Shown: one piece after another, positions 23,590 to 35,769 of the stretch
Layout: every line of letters starts with the position of its first letter
How positions within the stretch are numbered: the first letter of the stretch is position 1
Origin: Sminthopsis crassicaudata
Taxonomy: Eukaryota
NCBI RefSeq assembly: GCF_048593235.1
Contig: NC_133618.1
Span: forward strand, 457,257,294-457,321,293
Direction: 5' to 3'
Length of the DNA: 64,000 bases
The notes under the pieces: generated by a model
What the model was told of the DNA's origin: nothing
The model's input: the letters and a program-made list of their open reading frames with translations, nothing else
The model's database searches: none
Translations under genes and position numbers: made by a program

Positions 23590-25800
23590 AATTCTACCAA
23601 ACCTTTCTTAGATAAACCATAGAAAAATGTCTGCACTTGATAACTCCACTTCTTTTCCTTTCCTCAACTTCTTAAAAAACCCTTATATTCTGGCTTTTAA
23701 CTTCATTGTGAAATCATAATTGCTGCTTCCAAAGTTATTAGTAATTGTCAAAATGAATGGTCTTTTTAGTCCTCACCTTCTTGACTTCTATATAGCATCT
23801 TACATAGCTAACCACCTATTTTCTCATGAACATCCTTTCCTCTTTGATTGTATTTTTGTGATTGTTTGCTCTTGGGTTTTCTTATCTGTCTGCCCATTCC
23901 ATAGTTTTCTGTAAGGATGCCGTTCCCTCAAAACAAGAGAAGGCCCTTTCAATGGACGGACACAATGCATTGAGAGATATGAGTCCTTGCAGGAAGTAAT
24001 TTCTGTGGATATTAAGACTGCCTTGTAGGTGGGATCTTGGCCACGAGGAGATAGCTTCGTAATGGGTGACTCTCTCTCTGATTGGCTGTGTGTGAGACCT
24101 CACAGGCCCTTTATAAGCCCACTGCAGGCAGCAGTCGCTCTCTTTAACCTGGCACTCTTCACCCTGGCTCCCTAGCCTGGGTGGCCAAGCGAGATGGGTA
24201 GCCAAAAGAGGTAAGGATTTTGGTAGTGAACACGTGGGTCTTCTGACCAGGTGTTCACTTGGGAACCAACAAGTCAGGGCATCAGTCAGGGCATTATGTG
24301 AGTAGGTATAATAAAGGCTTTTAAGATTACACGTGGCTGTTCTTGAGTGCACTACCGGTTATTAAGCTATAGATTCAAGAAATCGTGGCCAGAGACCTTT
24401 GAAGGCCTCAGAGGAGGCGAGTTCACACTGCAAAGGACAGTGGTCAAAGGTACTCTGTTGGGCCTACAGCAGACTAGTAATTGTAACTGCCAGGAGAGCA
24501 CGTTACAATTTTCTTCACTAGTTCATTATCCACATCACGCCCACTAACTCTGAGTGTTCCCCACAAAGTCTGTCTCTGGAGCCTTTTTTTTTTCTTTTTA
24601 CACTACTTCACTTGGAGATCTCATCAGCTCCCAGGAGTTCAATTATCATCTCTATGCAGATAATTCACAGAACTATCTATTCAGCCCTAGTTTCACTTCT
24701 GACCTTCAGTTCTGCATCACCACCTACTTATTACACATTTTGAACTGAATATCTCATGGGCATTTAAAATTTAACTTTCCCCCTATGGAATTCATTATCT
24801 TCTCACCTCCTTAGATTCACTGCCCTTCTAAACTTCTCCATTATTGTGGAGGGCACCAATGGTCCAATAATCAAGATTCAATACTTCATATAATTTTTGA
24901 CTCATCTCTTTTCCTCGTTCCACATTTACAATTAAGTGTCAGTTCTCGGCATTTCTTTCTCTGTATCATTGCTTCTGTATATCCTCTTCTCTCTACTCAC
25001 ATAGCACATGCACTAGTTCAGGACCTTTTTCTGGACTATTGCAATAGCTTTCTAATTAGAGTCCTTGATGCAGTAGCAAGATGATGTAATTCATCTTCCA
25101 CAGCAACTACCAAAGTGATTTTTCTAAACTAAGGATCTTACCGTGTCACGTCTTCCCAAACCCCTTACACACTTGATAAACTCCAATACCTCCTTATTAT
25201 GTCTAGGATCAAATATAAGCCTTTCTAATTGGCATCTTCAAAACCAGATCCTTTCCTATTTTTCTAGTCTTTTAACACATTACCACCCCGTATACACTCT
25301 ATCATATAGACATAATGACTGTTTTTCTTTTTTTTTTTCTTTTTTGCCCATCATGCCATTTCCCCATTTTGTGAGTTTTCACTGACTGCCCCTTATTTCT
25401 AGAATGTTATCCCTAGTCATCTTCACCTCATAGAAGTCTTCCTTAAAAATGCAGAGCAATCTCAAATCCCTCCAGAAAGCCTTTCGTGGCTGTCCAGGAT
25501 GTTAGTGCTTTCCCCTTTATCGCTTAAATCTAGTCCCACTGTATTTATTTATTTTTTTGTATTGATTTATATATATATATATATATATAACATGATATAA
25601 CAAAATATACTATACTATAATATGATATGATATAATAAAAATACATATTTAAAATCTCCTATTTTAGAAAAGAAGCTTCTTATAGACAGGGACTGCTTTT
25701 GTTTCTTCTTTGTTATTCCCTTCCCTCACTCCCTGCACCTAGCATAGTACCTGAGACATAGAAAATGTTTAAAGAATACTTGTTGATATATTAATTGATT
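23590..25800 (+). mobile_element. L2 LINE relic (RT region to 3' end), interrupted by a solo LTR at 23910-24507
   Basis: Degenerate HHSTETAL.KV.NDLL..K.NG.FS.L.LLDLS motif at about 23700-23800. It continues after the LTR with ...atctcatcagctccca...tcaattatcatctctatgcagat (YADD region) and ends with the L2 tail attgattgattgattg at about 25800. Confidence 0.75.
23910..24507 (+). mobile_element. Young solo LTR of an endogenous retrovirus (598 bp, TG...CA)
   Basis: Ends TGTAAG...CGTTACA (5-bp inverted termini) and is flanked by GTTTTC/ATTTTC (6-bp TSD, one mismatch). Internal order is ATTGG (about 24081), TATA-like TTATAA (about 24111) and AATAAA (about 24310). It is GC-rich and retains many CpGs inside an AT-rich old L2. 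Confidence 0.9.
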
Positions 25801-26139
25801 GATTGATTGATCCAACAATTCACTAAAGGTTTAAAGTTGTCTTGTGTAGCCTAAACATTATTCTGCAGGGAAAGGAGCTAGAACTAACTTCAGCTAAGCT
25901 TATTCAGATAAACAGAGCCAGACTACCTTTGACCACCTATCATTTGCTTTTCCAACTCCATATGCTATGGGATCAGCAATTATATCATGAAAACAGAGCT
26001 CACGAGATGAAACCCTGACTTTGATACTCATTAGTAGTGTGACCTTGGAAAAGCCACTCTGCTTTCTTGTGCCTTAGTTGCCATTTCTTTTGCTTATATG
26101 GTGGGAGGAAGGGAATATATACTTAAATAGCACCTACTA

Positions 26140-26345
26140 CAGCAGCTAGGGCATTAGATAGAGCATTAGGCTTGGAATCAGAAAGACTCCTCTTCATGAG
26201 TTCAAGTCCAACCTCAGACACTAACCCTGTGTAACCTTAGGCAAATCACTTGTTTCCAACTAGTTGGAAAAGGAAATCGCAAACCACACTAGTATCTAGG
26301 CCAAGAAAACCCTACTAAGTTCGATGTGACTGAAATGACTAAGCA
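26140..26345 (+). mobile_element. MAR1-type SINE with an internal deletion
   Basis: MAR1 head and tail (gaaaaggaaat.gcaaaccac...agtatct..gccaagaaaaccc) are joined across a missing CORE segment. Confidence 0.7.
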
Positions 26346-29300
26346 ATTACAACATCGTGCCTGCTATGTGTACTAAGTGTTTTACAAATATTAACTCATT
26401 TGATACTCACAACAACCCTGGGATGTAGATGCTGTTCTTATCCCCATTTTATAGTTGAGGAAACTGAAACAAGCAGATTAAGTGACTTGCCCAGGATCAC
26501 ACAGCTAGATTTGAATTCAGATCTTCCTGATTCCAATTTCAGTGTCCTATCCACTGTATCACCTACCTCAGTTTCGGTCACATATGTGAAGATCATAACA
26601 AGAGCTTAATTACCAGATATCACCATTGCCTGTTTGTGAGAGTAAGGTATAACTGATGAACACTTTGTGGGTACCTGACAATGTCAAGAGATCTGGAACA
26701 ATATCCTCCACAAAATAGGTAGACTATTGTTGAATATTTATGGAAGGGCATGTAGAGGAATCACAAGAATGAGCAGGCAGGGCTGGATGGTGACCTGCTA
26801 AAGGTAGCACTCACAATGGTGAAATTATAGTTTTATGAAAGCTCTGAATAATGATCATTAATTTTTATACAGAGCTTTTGGATGTGTCAAGTTCCTTATG
26901 TACGTTATTCCTTCTAGCCCCCTACCCCCAATTACCTTGGGAGGCTGAAAATACACATGCATATTATTATCTTCATTTCCTGAATGAGAAAACAGGTCTC
27001 AGAGTATTTATATATCATGCCCATAATTCTCATGGTACTAAGTGTTGGTGGCAGTATAAAGTAATCAACTGATCAAAAAACAAGCATTTTTAAAATACCC
27101 ACTATTTTCCAGATGCAGTTGGTATCTATAAGCAGGTTTCTCCTGCCTTTAATGAGAGCTTTCTACAATACCATGAAGCTCTCAGTAAGAATAAAATGGA
27201 GGTGATATTTTTTGTGATATTTATATTGCCACATTGCATGATGTCTGCTTTGTAAACCTTAAAGTAGTATAAAACTGACAGTTGTTATTATAATTATTGT
27301 TATTACAAAAGCAAAAACCACAACTAAATACCTTCCCATAAAATATGATGATGATGTGTTGTAAAAGTAGTCAATATATTAGTTGGTTTTGTTTCATTGA
27401 TTATTTATTATTAAATAAGGGTACATACAAGAGAAAAATATCCAGAAATAGTTGTGATATAAAAACAAAATGCAGCAATTGTAAATTATGAATAATTATA
27501 ATTATTATCACAATAACATATAATTATATTATAAATTTGTTTTTACATAAAATAAAATACAATACCATAATAATTATAATTACACACACCTATATTTAAA
27601 CATTAGTACTGGGATCATTGTACCTATTAATTTCTCTCTCTTCTTTTTATTCATTCAATCCACCTCTCAGGACAAATGCATAGTTCTTCACTTCTTCATT
27701 TCACCATGTTATAATATTCTCTAAACTCTGGACAGTGTACACATCTAACACCTTATGTTATTCTGCCATTATTTTATCTACTGCCTAGTGTCCTTAAGAC
27801 ACCCCACAGACATAGAATCCAGCATTTCCTTGCCAGTCTTCTTTTAGTGGGAGAGCCATCCAAGGAACTTTCCCAGTTCGCACATGCTCATGGATTTAGA
27901 ACTAGAACAGAAACTTTAGACATTTGCAATCCAACTTCCTCATTTTAGAGTAAGAAACTGAGACCAGATAGGTCAGCTAACTGTCCCAAAATTCCCAGGA
28001 AGGAAGTTGTTGGGATTAAAACTCAAGGCCTGTTACTGTGGATCCAATGCTCATTCTATAATACTGTGCTGCTTCCTCTGTGACAGCCCCAGCTTATCCC
28101 ATCCTCTCCTAACACCTTGCTCCCTTTTCATTATGTCATATTGATTCTTAATTAGCTGTGTGACAATGGACAAAGTACTGTCTCTCTTCATTTCCCCAAA
28201 TAAAAAATGAATAAAAATAAAATACCATTACCTCCACCACAAAAAAGGATAATTGTATATATTCCTTCTGTCATATGGTTGTTGTGAAAAAAAACATGTT
28301 TTGTAAACCTTAAATCCCTATATAAATGTAAACTCTCATTATCGTTAGTCTTATTATTAATCTTACCTGAATTTAACATTAAGTAGAAGATGCCAAAATA
28401 TTGCATTCTAGAATGCCTCATGACGTGATTACTTAACACACATATCTATGATCTTCAGACCCTAAATGTCTGTACCAATAATTTCAATTATATGAGTTAA
28501 AATCAAAATCCCCAGAAAGCAAGTAATTCCATACCAATGATTCTGCCCAGTACTTACTTATGGCTATTAGAACACTCTACCCAATTTTCTTTTCCTTCCC
28601 TGTTCCCAGATACTATTCCTCGCTTTGATCATTGTATACTCCCTCATCACAACAAGTTGAATGTCACCTCAGGACAAAGAATAGGAGTAAATCCTAGAGT
28701 CTATGGACAGGTCAAGTCTTCTAAGTCATGAAGTATCAGACCAATTCTAGATTAGGAAATGGATAATGTATGTGAGATATCTAGGGAGGGTGGCGGTCAA
28801 CAGGGAAATGGCTAAATACATTGTAGTTCATACATTCTATGCACCATAACAAATCACAGAAAAGAAAAATTCCAAGAAGCATGAGAAGAGACTTATTTAT
28901 ATGAACTGTTGCAGACTGAAGTAAACAGGACCAGGATAATATATACATTGTATATATATATGGTCATGGAGAATTGAGAAAATGAACCTTCTTACTTTCT
29001 ATTTAGAGTTAGGTAATTATGGGTGTGAAAGGAATAAATGAATAAACAGATCCCTTAACCTTATTTGTCTTAGTTTTCTCATCTGTAAAATGAACTACAG
29101 AAGTAAATGGCAAACTACTTCACTATCTTTGACAAGAAACCCCCAAATAGGCTCATGAAGAGTTAGATAAAACCGCATAGCATCATTAACAAGGGTAAGG
29201 AAGGAGAAAATTCTAGGCATAGAAGATAGAAAGAAGAAAATATCCAGAATTTGGGAGATGGGAGGGTCTGAAAAAAAATAACTTGTTCCACTGGGTCACA

Positions 29301-32029
29301 ATCTATTTGTATGGGTAATGCAGCTATGTATTTGGGAAAGGCTCACAGATCACAGAAGACAGCCCAATTCCCTGAAGCAGGCTCAAAGGTTAGCCTTCCT
29401 GATGGAGATGGTCAGCCTTAGGCTCAGGGTCAGTGTGCAAAGCACAAAGTACCCTGCTTCTTTTTGAGAAAGAGCCAGGACTCCTATAGATTTAGTGATT
29501 TATTTTTTAATATCCCTTCTCTATGAGCACATGGCAGACATGGCAGTGCTTCCAGGAATGCTGTGATTTAGTCCCAGGACCTTATTAAAGATAACCTAGA
29601 AGAGAGAACTAGACACTGGAGGAAACCTTCAAATAAGGCTGCTCCCAGCTGACCCTCCTTTTATCTTCTCTCCAGTCACGGTTCTCAATCACTTCCTGGT
29701 TAATTGTCTCCACTCATGTGTGCAAACTAACCATTTATGGGAAATGCCACGGAATGTTAATTTCATTTGGAATTGGGTAATTGCAAAAAGCGCTTCCTTT
29801 TTTTTTATGATACAAAATGAATAAGTATTGTATTAATAGTGCCATTTCCAATTATGACCACAATCACAGGCCTGCTGTGGAAGAACTGCTAGTTATTTTT
29901 CACAGAGCATTTTCTCAGTCAGGTTTTTTTCAACATCTCTCCCCTCCTTTCATCCTGGTAATTAAGATAATGTTGCATAATTATAAACACATATTGGAAA
30001 AATCACATGCCAGTGTCAGCTGTCCAGCTCCCTGCTTGTTTTAGCTTATGTGAATGAGTGTCACTGTCACCAAGAGGAGCACAGTGAAGAAGGGCAACGA
30101 AAGCCAAAAACTGCATGGGTTTTCTCCGAAGTTATGAATTCTACATCCCTGGAAGCTTCCTAATAAAAAGAAGTTCTCTTAGCAAGGAAGAGGTCTAGGG
30201 GATTCTGCTCCATTTATATATTGGACCAGATAACTTTTGAGTTATTTGCTTTACAAGTCAGAGATTACAGTTCCATAATGTGTCAAGTAATTATTGAGGC
30301 TCAACCATTTGAAACCAAACAACCAAAGGAAACTTATGAAGCATAATGAGTTCCTCTGCCTGGGGAACATCTGAAGCATGAAATACCTCTCTAACTTAGT
30401 GTATAAACCTTAAGGGATTGCCTGAGGCAACAGAGTTAAGTGACTTGCCCAGGATCACATATCTATTAATTGTCAGGAGTAAGAAAGAACTGTCCTCTCC
30501 TTTGTGATCTTACCTTGTTTCAAACCTGGCAGATTCTAAGAACAAAGAACAAAGGAGACATTATTATTATACACTGAGTCTTTCTCCTGAATACAGGCAT
30601 CTTTCACATTTGTAATAATCACTAAAACCATAATTAGTCAAAACTGCCCTGAGACACATTTATTTGAGGTATGGGAGCTGCATCAACAGGCTGTGGATGG
30701 GAATTGCTTCGGGGGCAGAGTTAAGTGTCTGGAGGGGGAGAGTGAGCAGCGATACAGAAAACATTTCAATGTTCTTTTTGCAAACTGTAGGACTGAGAAA
30801 GGAGAATCTATTCCCTAGAGCAGTGTCCTCCTTCCCATTTGTGTGTGTGATCAGTCACTGTGAGAAGATGGTTTGCCTCACACCTTTCCTATAATAGCCA
30901 GTTGCAAGGTTTAGCTCCAATACAACCCAAACTACTCTGTCCTCTCTCTCCTATGTGAATGAACTCAGTCTCTCTTTCTCTTAACCAAGTGTTTATCCTC
31001 TCAGATCAGTTATAATCAATCTACTTTCCCAGAGCCCACACCCACAGCTGTGTATTTTCCATTAGAAAAATTCCTGGATCTACATCAGTATATCCAGTCC
31101 TTGCCTTCATACCATCAAAGGTGACCTTGATCAAAGTCACTTTATCTCTGTGACTCTCACTTTTATCATATGCATAATGAGAGGGTTGGGCAAGTAGCTT
31201 TTAAAATTCACTTTTAGTCCCAACATTCTATAATTTATTTTCTAAATATATTCTAAAATCTCTTCCAGCTCTCTGGTTATGTTCTAAAGTCTCCTCTGAC
31301 TCGAAAATTCTGTTTTATATTCTAATACTCTATGTTCTAAGGACCTCTCATCTCCAAAATTCTGTTTTATTTTCTAACCATTTTCTGTTCTAAGGTCATA
31401 TCCAGAGCCTCTAGGATAAAATATATATTCTTCTGTTAAGCTAGCTTGTAAAGACTTTCCACAACTTTGTTCCAACCTATTCTTCAAGCCTCATTAGACA
31501 TTATTTCCTTCTTTTACTGAGATCTGGCCAAACTGGCCTTTTCTCTGTTTTTCACACAAGACACTCCATTTCTCATTAACATGCTATCCCATATACCTGG
31601 AAAACATTTTATTCTTACCTGTTGATTCAGACTCTTTCTAATTGGCTACCCCATTAGAACAAAAGCTCCTTGTGAGTAGGGATCATTTCATTTTTTGACC
31701 TTGTATGACCATTAACTATGTAGGACCTGGCACATATAAGCCATTTAACAAATCATTGTTGACTGACTGATGTTTTATTCAGAACCATGACTAAGGATTC
31801 TGCAATCAAGGTCAAATTAAATTGGGCAGTGAGTATGGTCCCATCAGTTTGTGGTTAAGGTAGACTAGAAATACTGTATATGACTTGAAGAAGATGAATA
31901 AATGGAAGGCTGAGTTCAGGGAGGTAGAACTTAGGGTGAAGAAGAAAAATGAGCTAGGTACTGAACTTAGTGGGAAGAAAAGAGAATAGAATGAAGGTCC
32001 AGAGATAATAGCAAGTAGGTTATCTAGTC

Positions 32030-32422
32030 ACAATGAAGTGCATTTTAAAGATGGTTTCTGGGATTAAATCAACTCCGAGACACCACTTCATACCTTTAAG
32101 ATTGAATAATGCAAAAATGGAAAAGGATAAATTTTGGAGGTGATGTGGGAAAACTGGGGCATTAATATACTATTGGTAGAATTGTGAACTGCCCCAACCA
32201 TTCTGGAGCACAATTTGGAACCATGGCCAAAGGGCTACAAAACTATGCATGCCCTTTGATCCAGAAATATGATTGATAAGCTCACACCAGGGGGCAGCTA
32301 GGTGGTGCAGTGGATAGAGCACCAGCCTTGAATTCAGGAAGACCCGAGTTCAAATCTGCTCTCAGACACTTAGCACTTCCTAGCTGTGTGACCCTGGGCA
32401 AGTCACTTAATCCCAGCCTCAG

Positions 32423-32462
<40 letters not shown>

Positions 32463-33040
32463 TAAGCTCACACCAAAGAGATTAAAAGGGGGAAAGAAGA
32501 AGGATCTATTTGTACAAAAATATTTGTAGTAGCTCTTTTTTGAAGCTAAGAATTGGAAATGGAAAGGATGCCCATCAATTGAAGAATGACAAAACAAAAA
32601 ACAATTGTGATAGAATATCATTATCCTATAAGAAATGATAAGCAGTATAATTTCAGAAAAAAAATGAGGAACAGCTTTTTTGTGAAAGGATGCAAAGTGA
32701 AGTGAGCAGAACCAAAAGAATGTTCAACACAGTAACAATATTGTATAATGAAGAGCTGTGAATGACTTCATTATTCTCAGAAATACAATAATCCCAAACA
32801 ATCCCAAAGGACTCTTGATGAAACATGTGATTTTTGCTTTTCCAGAGAAAGAATTGATATTATCTGAATACAGAACAAAGCATACTATTTTCATTTTCCC
32901 TTTTTTGTTATTATTCATTCAAGTCTTCTTGTACAAAATGAGTAATATAGAAATGTTTTACATGTATGATCTATATTGATTGCTTACTATCTCAGGGAGA
33001 AGAGTGAAGAGGGAAGGATAGAATTTGAAACCCACAATTT
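32030..33040 (+). mobile_element. Old L1 ORF2 C-terminal and 3' UTR fragment, interrupted by WSINE1
   Basis: tggag..gatgtgggaaaactgg...attgtgaactg..ccaaccattctggag..caatttggaa...ccctttgatcca, followed by L1 3' UTR motifs. Confidence 0.8.
32290..32460 (+). mobile_element. Intact young WSINE1 with an A35 tail and a perfect 15-bp TSD (GATAAGCTCACACCA at 32275-32289 and 32461-32475)
   Basis: Direct reading: tRNA-like head with A/B boxes, CORE segment, pure poly(A) at 32426-32460 and identical flanking repeats. Confidence 0.95.
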
Positions 33041-33049
33041 ATAATACTA

Positions 33050-34392
33050 TATTTATTTTTTCCTCAGTTACAGGTCAAGAAAAATTTTAGTATTCATTTT
33101 TATGATTTTGAGTAGAAAATTTTTCTCCATCTTCCAAAGATGATAGGAAGTTTAATATAGTTTAAACAAGTGCTATCATGTAAGATATATTTCCATATTA
33201 GTCACAGTTGTAAAAGAAGAAACAGATCAAAAGGAAAAAAAAATGAAAAAGAATAAGTAAGTGAAGAAAATATGTTTCAACCTAGATTCTGAGGTCACTG
33301 ATTCTTTATCTGATCATAGAGAGCATTTTCATTCCTGTTTCCTTTGTACTTATCTTAGACCATTGTTTTGCTGAGAAGAGCTGAGTAAGGGATGGTTAAT
33401 TATCACACAATATTGCTGATACAGGGTACAATATTTTCCTAATTTTCCTCATTTCACTTTGTATCGGTTCGTACAAGTCTTTCCAAATTTTACTGAAGTC
33501 TGACTTTACATAATTTCTTATTGCACAATAGTATTCCATTATCTTCACATACCATAGTTTACCCCAGTTGATGGGCATCCCCTCAGTTTCCAATATTTTG
33601 CAACATGAAAAGGGCTGCTATATTTTTATATATGTATATCCTTTTTCCTTTTTTATGATTTCTTTGGGATACATACCTAGTAGTTGCATTGCTGGGTCAA
33701 AGGATAAGCACAGTTTTGTTGCCTTTTGGGAAAAGTGTCATATTACTCCAGAATGATTGGATAAGTTCACAATTCTACCAAAAGTATATTTTTGTCCCAA
33801 TTTTCCCACATCCTCTCCAACATTTATCATTTCCCTTTTTCCAATATTTGTTGCATCAGATTTTTTTGTACAAAAGTTTTTTAATTTATTGTAATCAAAA
33901 ATATCTATTTTGCATTTTATAATGCTCTCCCTCCTGCTTGGCCATGAATTTTCCCTTCCCCATTGATCTGACAGGTAGACTAGTCCAACTTTTGTACAAA
34001 AAAATCTGATGCAACCAATATTGGAAGGAAACAGAAAGCTGTCTGATAAAGGCCTCATTTTTCAAATATATAGAGAACTAAATCAACTTTTTAAAAATAT
34101 AAGCCATTCTCCAATTGATAAATAGTCAAAGGAGTAGTCAATAGGTAGTTTTCAGGTGAAGAAATAAAAGTTTTCTATAGACATAATAATAAGTGTTTTA
34201 AATTCCTTTTCTTAGTGAAATACAAATTAAAACAACTTAGATACTTTGTTTAAGGTATCACATTTTATATCTAAATCATGCACTCATTTTTACCTTAACT
34301 TAGCATACAATGTGAGATGTTGGTCTGTATCTAGTTTGTGTCCCATTGTTTTCCAATTTTCCCAGCAGTTTTGTCAAATAGTGAGTTCTTAT
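33050..34392 (-). mobile_element. Rearranged L1 3' portion with an internal inversion and segment shuffling
   Basis: Segments were aligned by eye to the colinear L1 at 59120-60830. The part at 33987-34257 is on the + strand and the rest is on the - strand. Confidence 0.8.
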
Positions 34393-35769
34393 CAGATTCA
34401 AGACTGGGAAAAAAATTGTTTTCATGTGCAACTGGGGATAAAATATTTTTTACGAAAAAGGTAACTGCTGGATAATAGCTAGCACCAATGTACCTGGCAT
34501 TTATTTAGGGTATCCCCAAAGTCTTAGGTAGTGTTAAATGATGGCAGCTTAAAATTGCATTAAGGATGGGATATCCTGTTATAGTGCTTTCCAACTATTT
34601 TCTTATTTCTCAGAATATATACATTCCTCCTCAGAACAACTCTGTGAGAAAGATACTACTGATAAAAGCATTTTGCTGATGAGAAAACCAAAGCACAGAA
34701 AGGCTATTATTTGTTAAAGTTATATAAGTTAGTTATTTGTTCAAAGCACCATAGCCAATAGGTATCTGAGGCAGGATTTGAACTCAAGTCTCTCTGACTT
34801 CAAATCTAGCACTCTATTCACTATGCCACCTAGCTGCATAAGTTGGCTCTAAAAGGTAGTATGTGAAAGGAGGATAAGAGAAAAAAAATTATTGATTAAG
34901 TAGTTCCATCGGAAATTAGAGAGAAATTAGAATTGAGTAGAATAACAAAGTTATAATAAAATACAAAATAGAATTCAAGATAAGAGATTTATCATGAAAA
35001 ATAGACCAAAGAAACACTTAGAAAATACAGGATTTTGAAAAAAAGAAAAAGAGATAGAGCAAATTTAGGGAAACAAAAATATGTTTGAAAATTTAAATTA
35101 TCATTCTTTTTTCCTGTTTTGAAGAAATGTCAACTAAAATTTTTTCTGTTTGATGAGAAAAGTTTTAAAAGATTAAAACAAGAAGAAAAGTGAGGCTACG
35201 GAATATTTTAAGAAAACTGTTTTTAAAATAATGTGCAGAATTCATTAATTTTTTTCTTTTTTTAAAAGTAAGCAATGTGTGTTTTATTAATTTAATGCCT
35301 TTGCATGCTAGATAACATTCCCCCTCATAATTATCAAATTTTGAAAGCATTTTATTTTCTCCTTTATGGGTGTGTAACACTTTTTTTTGGGGGGCATATT
35401 TATGATTTGTTAAGTCAAGGTTCATGTTAAAAAAAATAGTGCTAACTATAACCTTTACCAATGTCTTAAGTTTAGGAATTGGGTCTGAATCAAGAATTGA
35501 TTAGGCAGATTAGAAACAGCAGGCTCAGTTTTTCTGCAGTTACATGACTCTGGTAGAGAAGGAACCAGAACACGTGATGAGTACAGAAGCAGTGGGGCAT
35601 GGACATTCCCAACTGCGGACATTTACAGAATGGTGGAATTCTTGGTTTTGAATTCCAGGACAGAGTAAAGAACTGAAGTAAAGTCAGAGGTATTATTCAT
35701 CTTTTTTCCTTCCCCCCTCCACAGGATAAAAGGTGGTTACACTAACAAGTTCTCATTTTTAAAAAAATT

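Noticed and set aside
23882-24547. ORFs of 156 aa and 66 aa as retroviral genes
   Set aside because: They lie within the LTR and its L2 flank and show no gag/pol/env motifs. No PBS or internal provirus follows the LTR.
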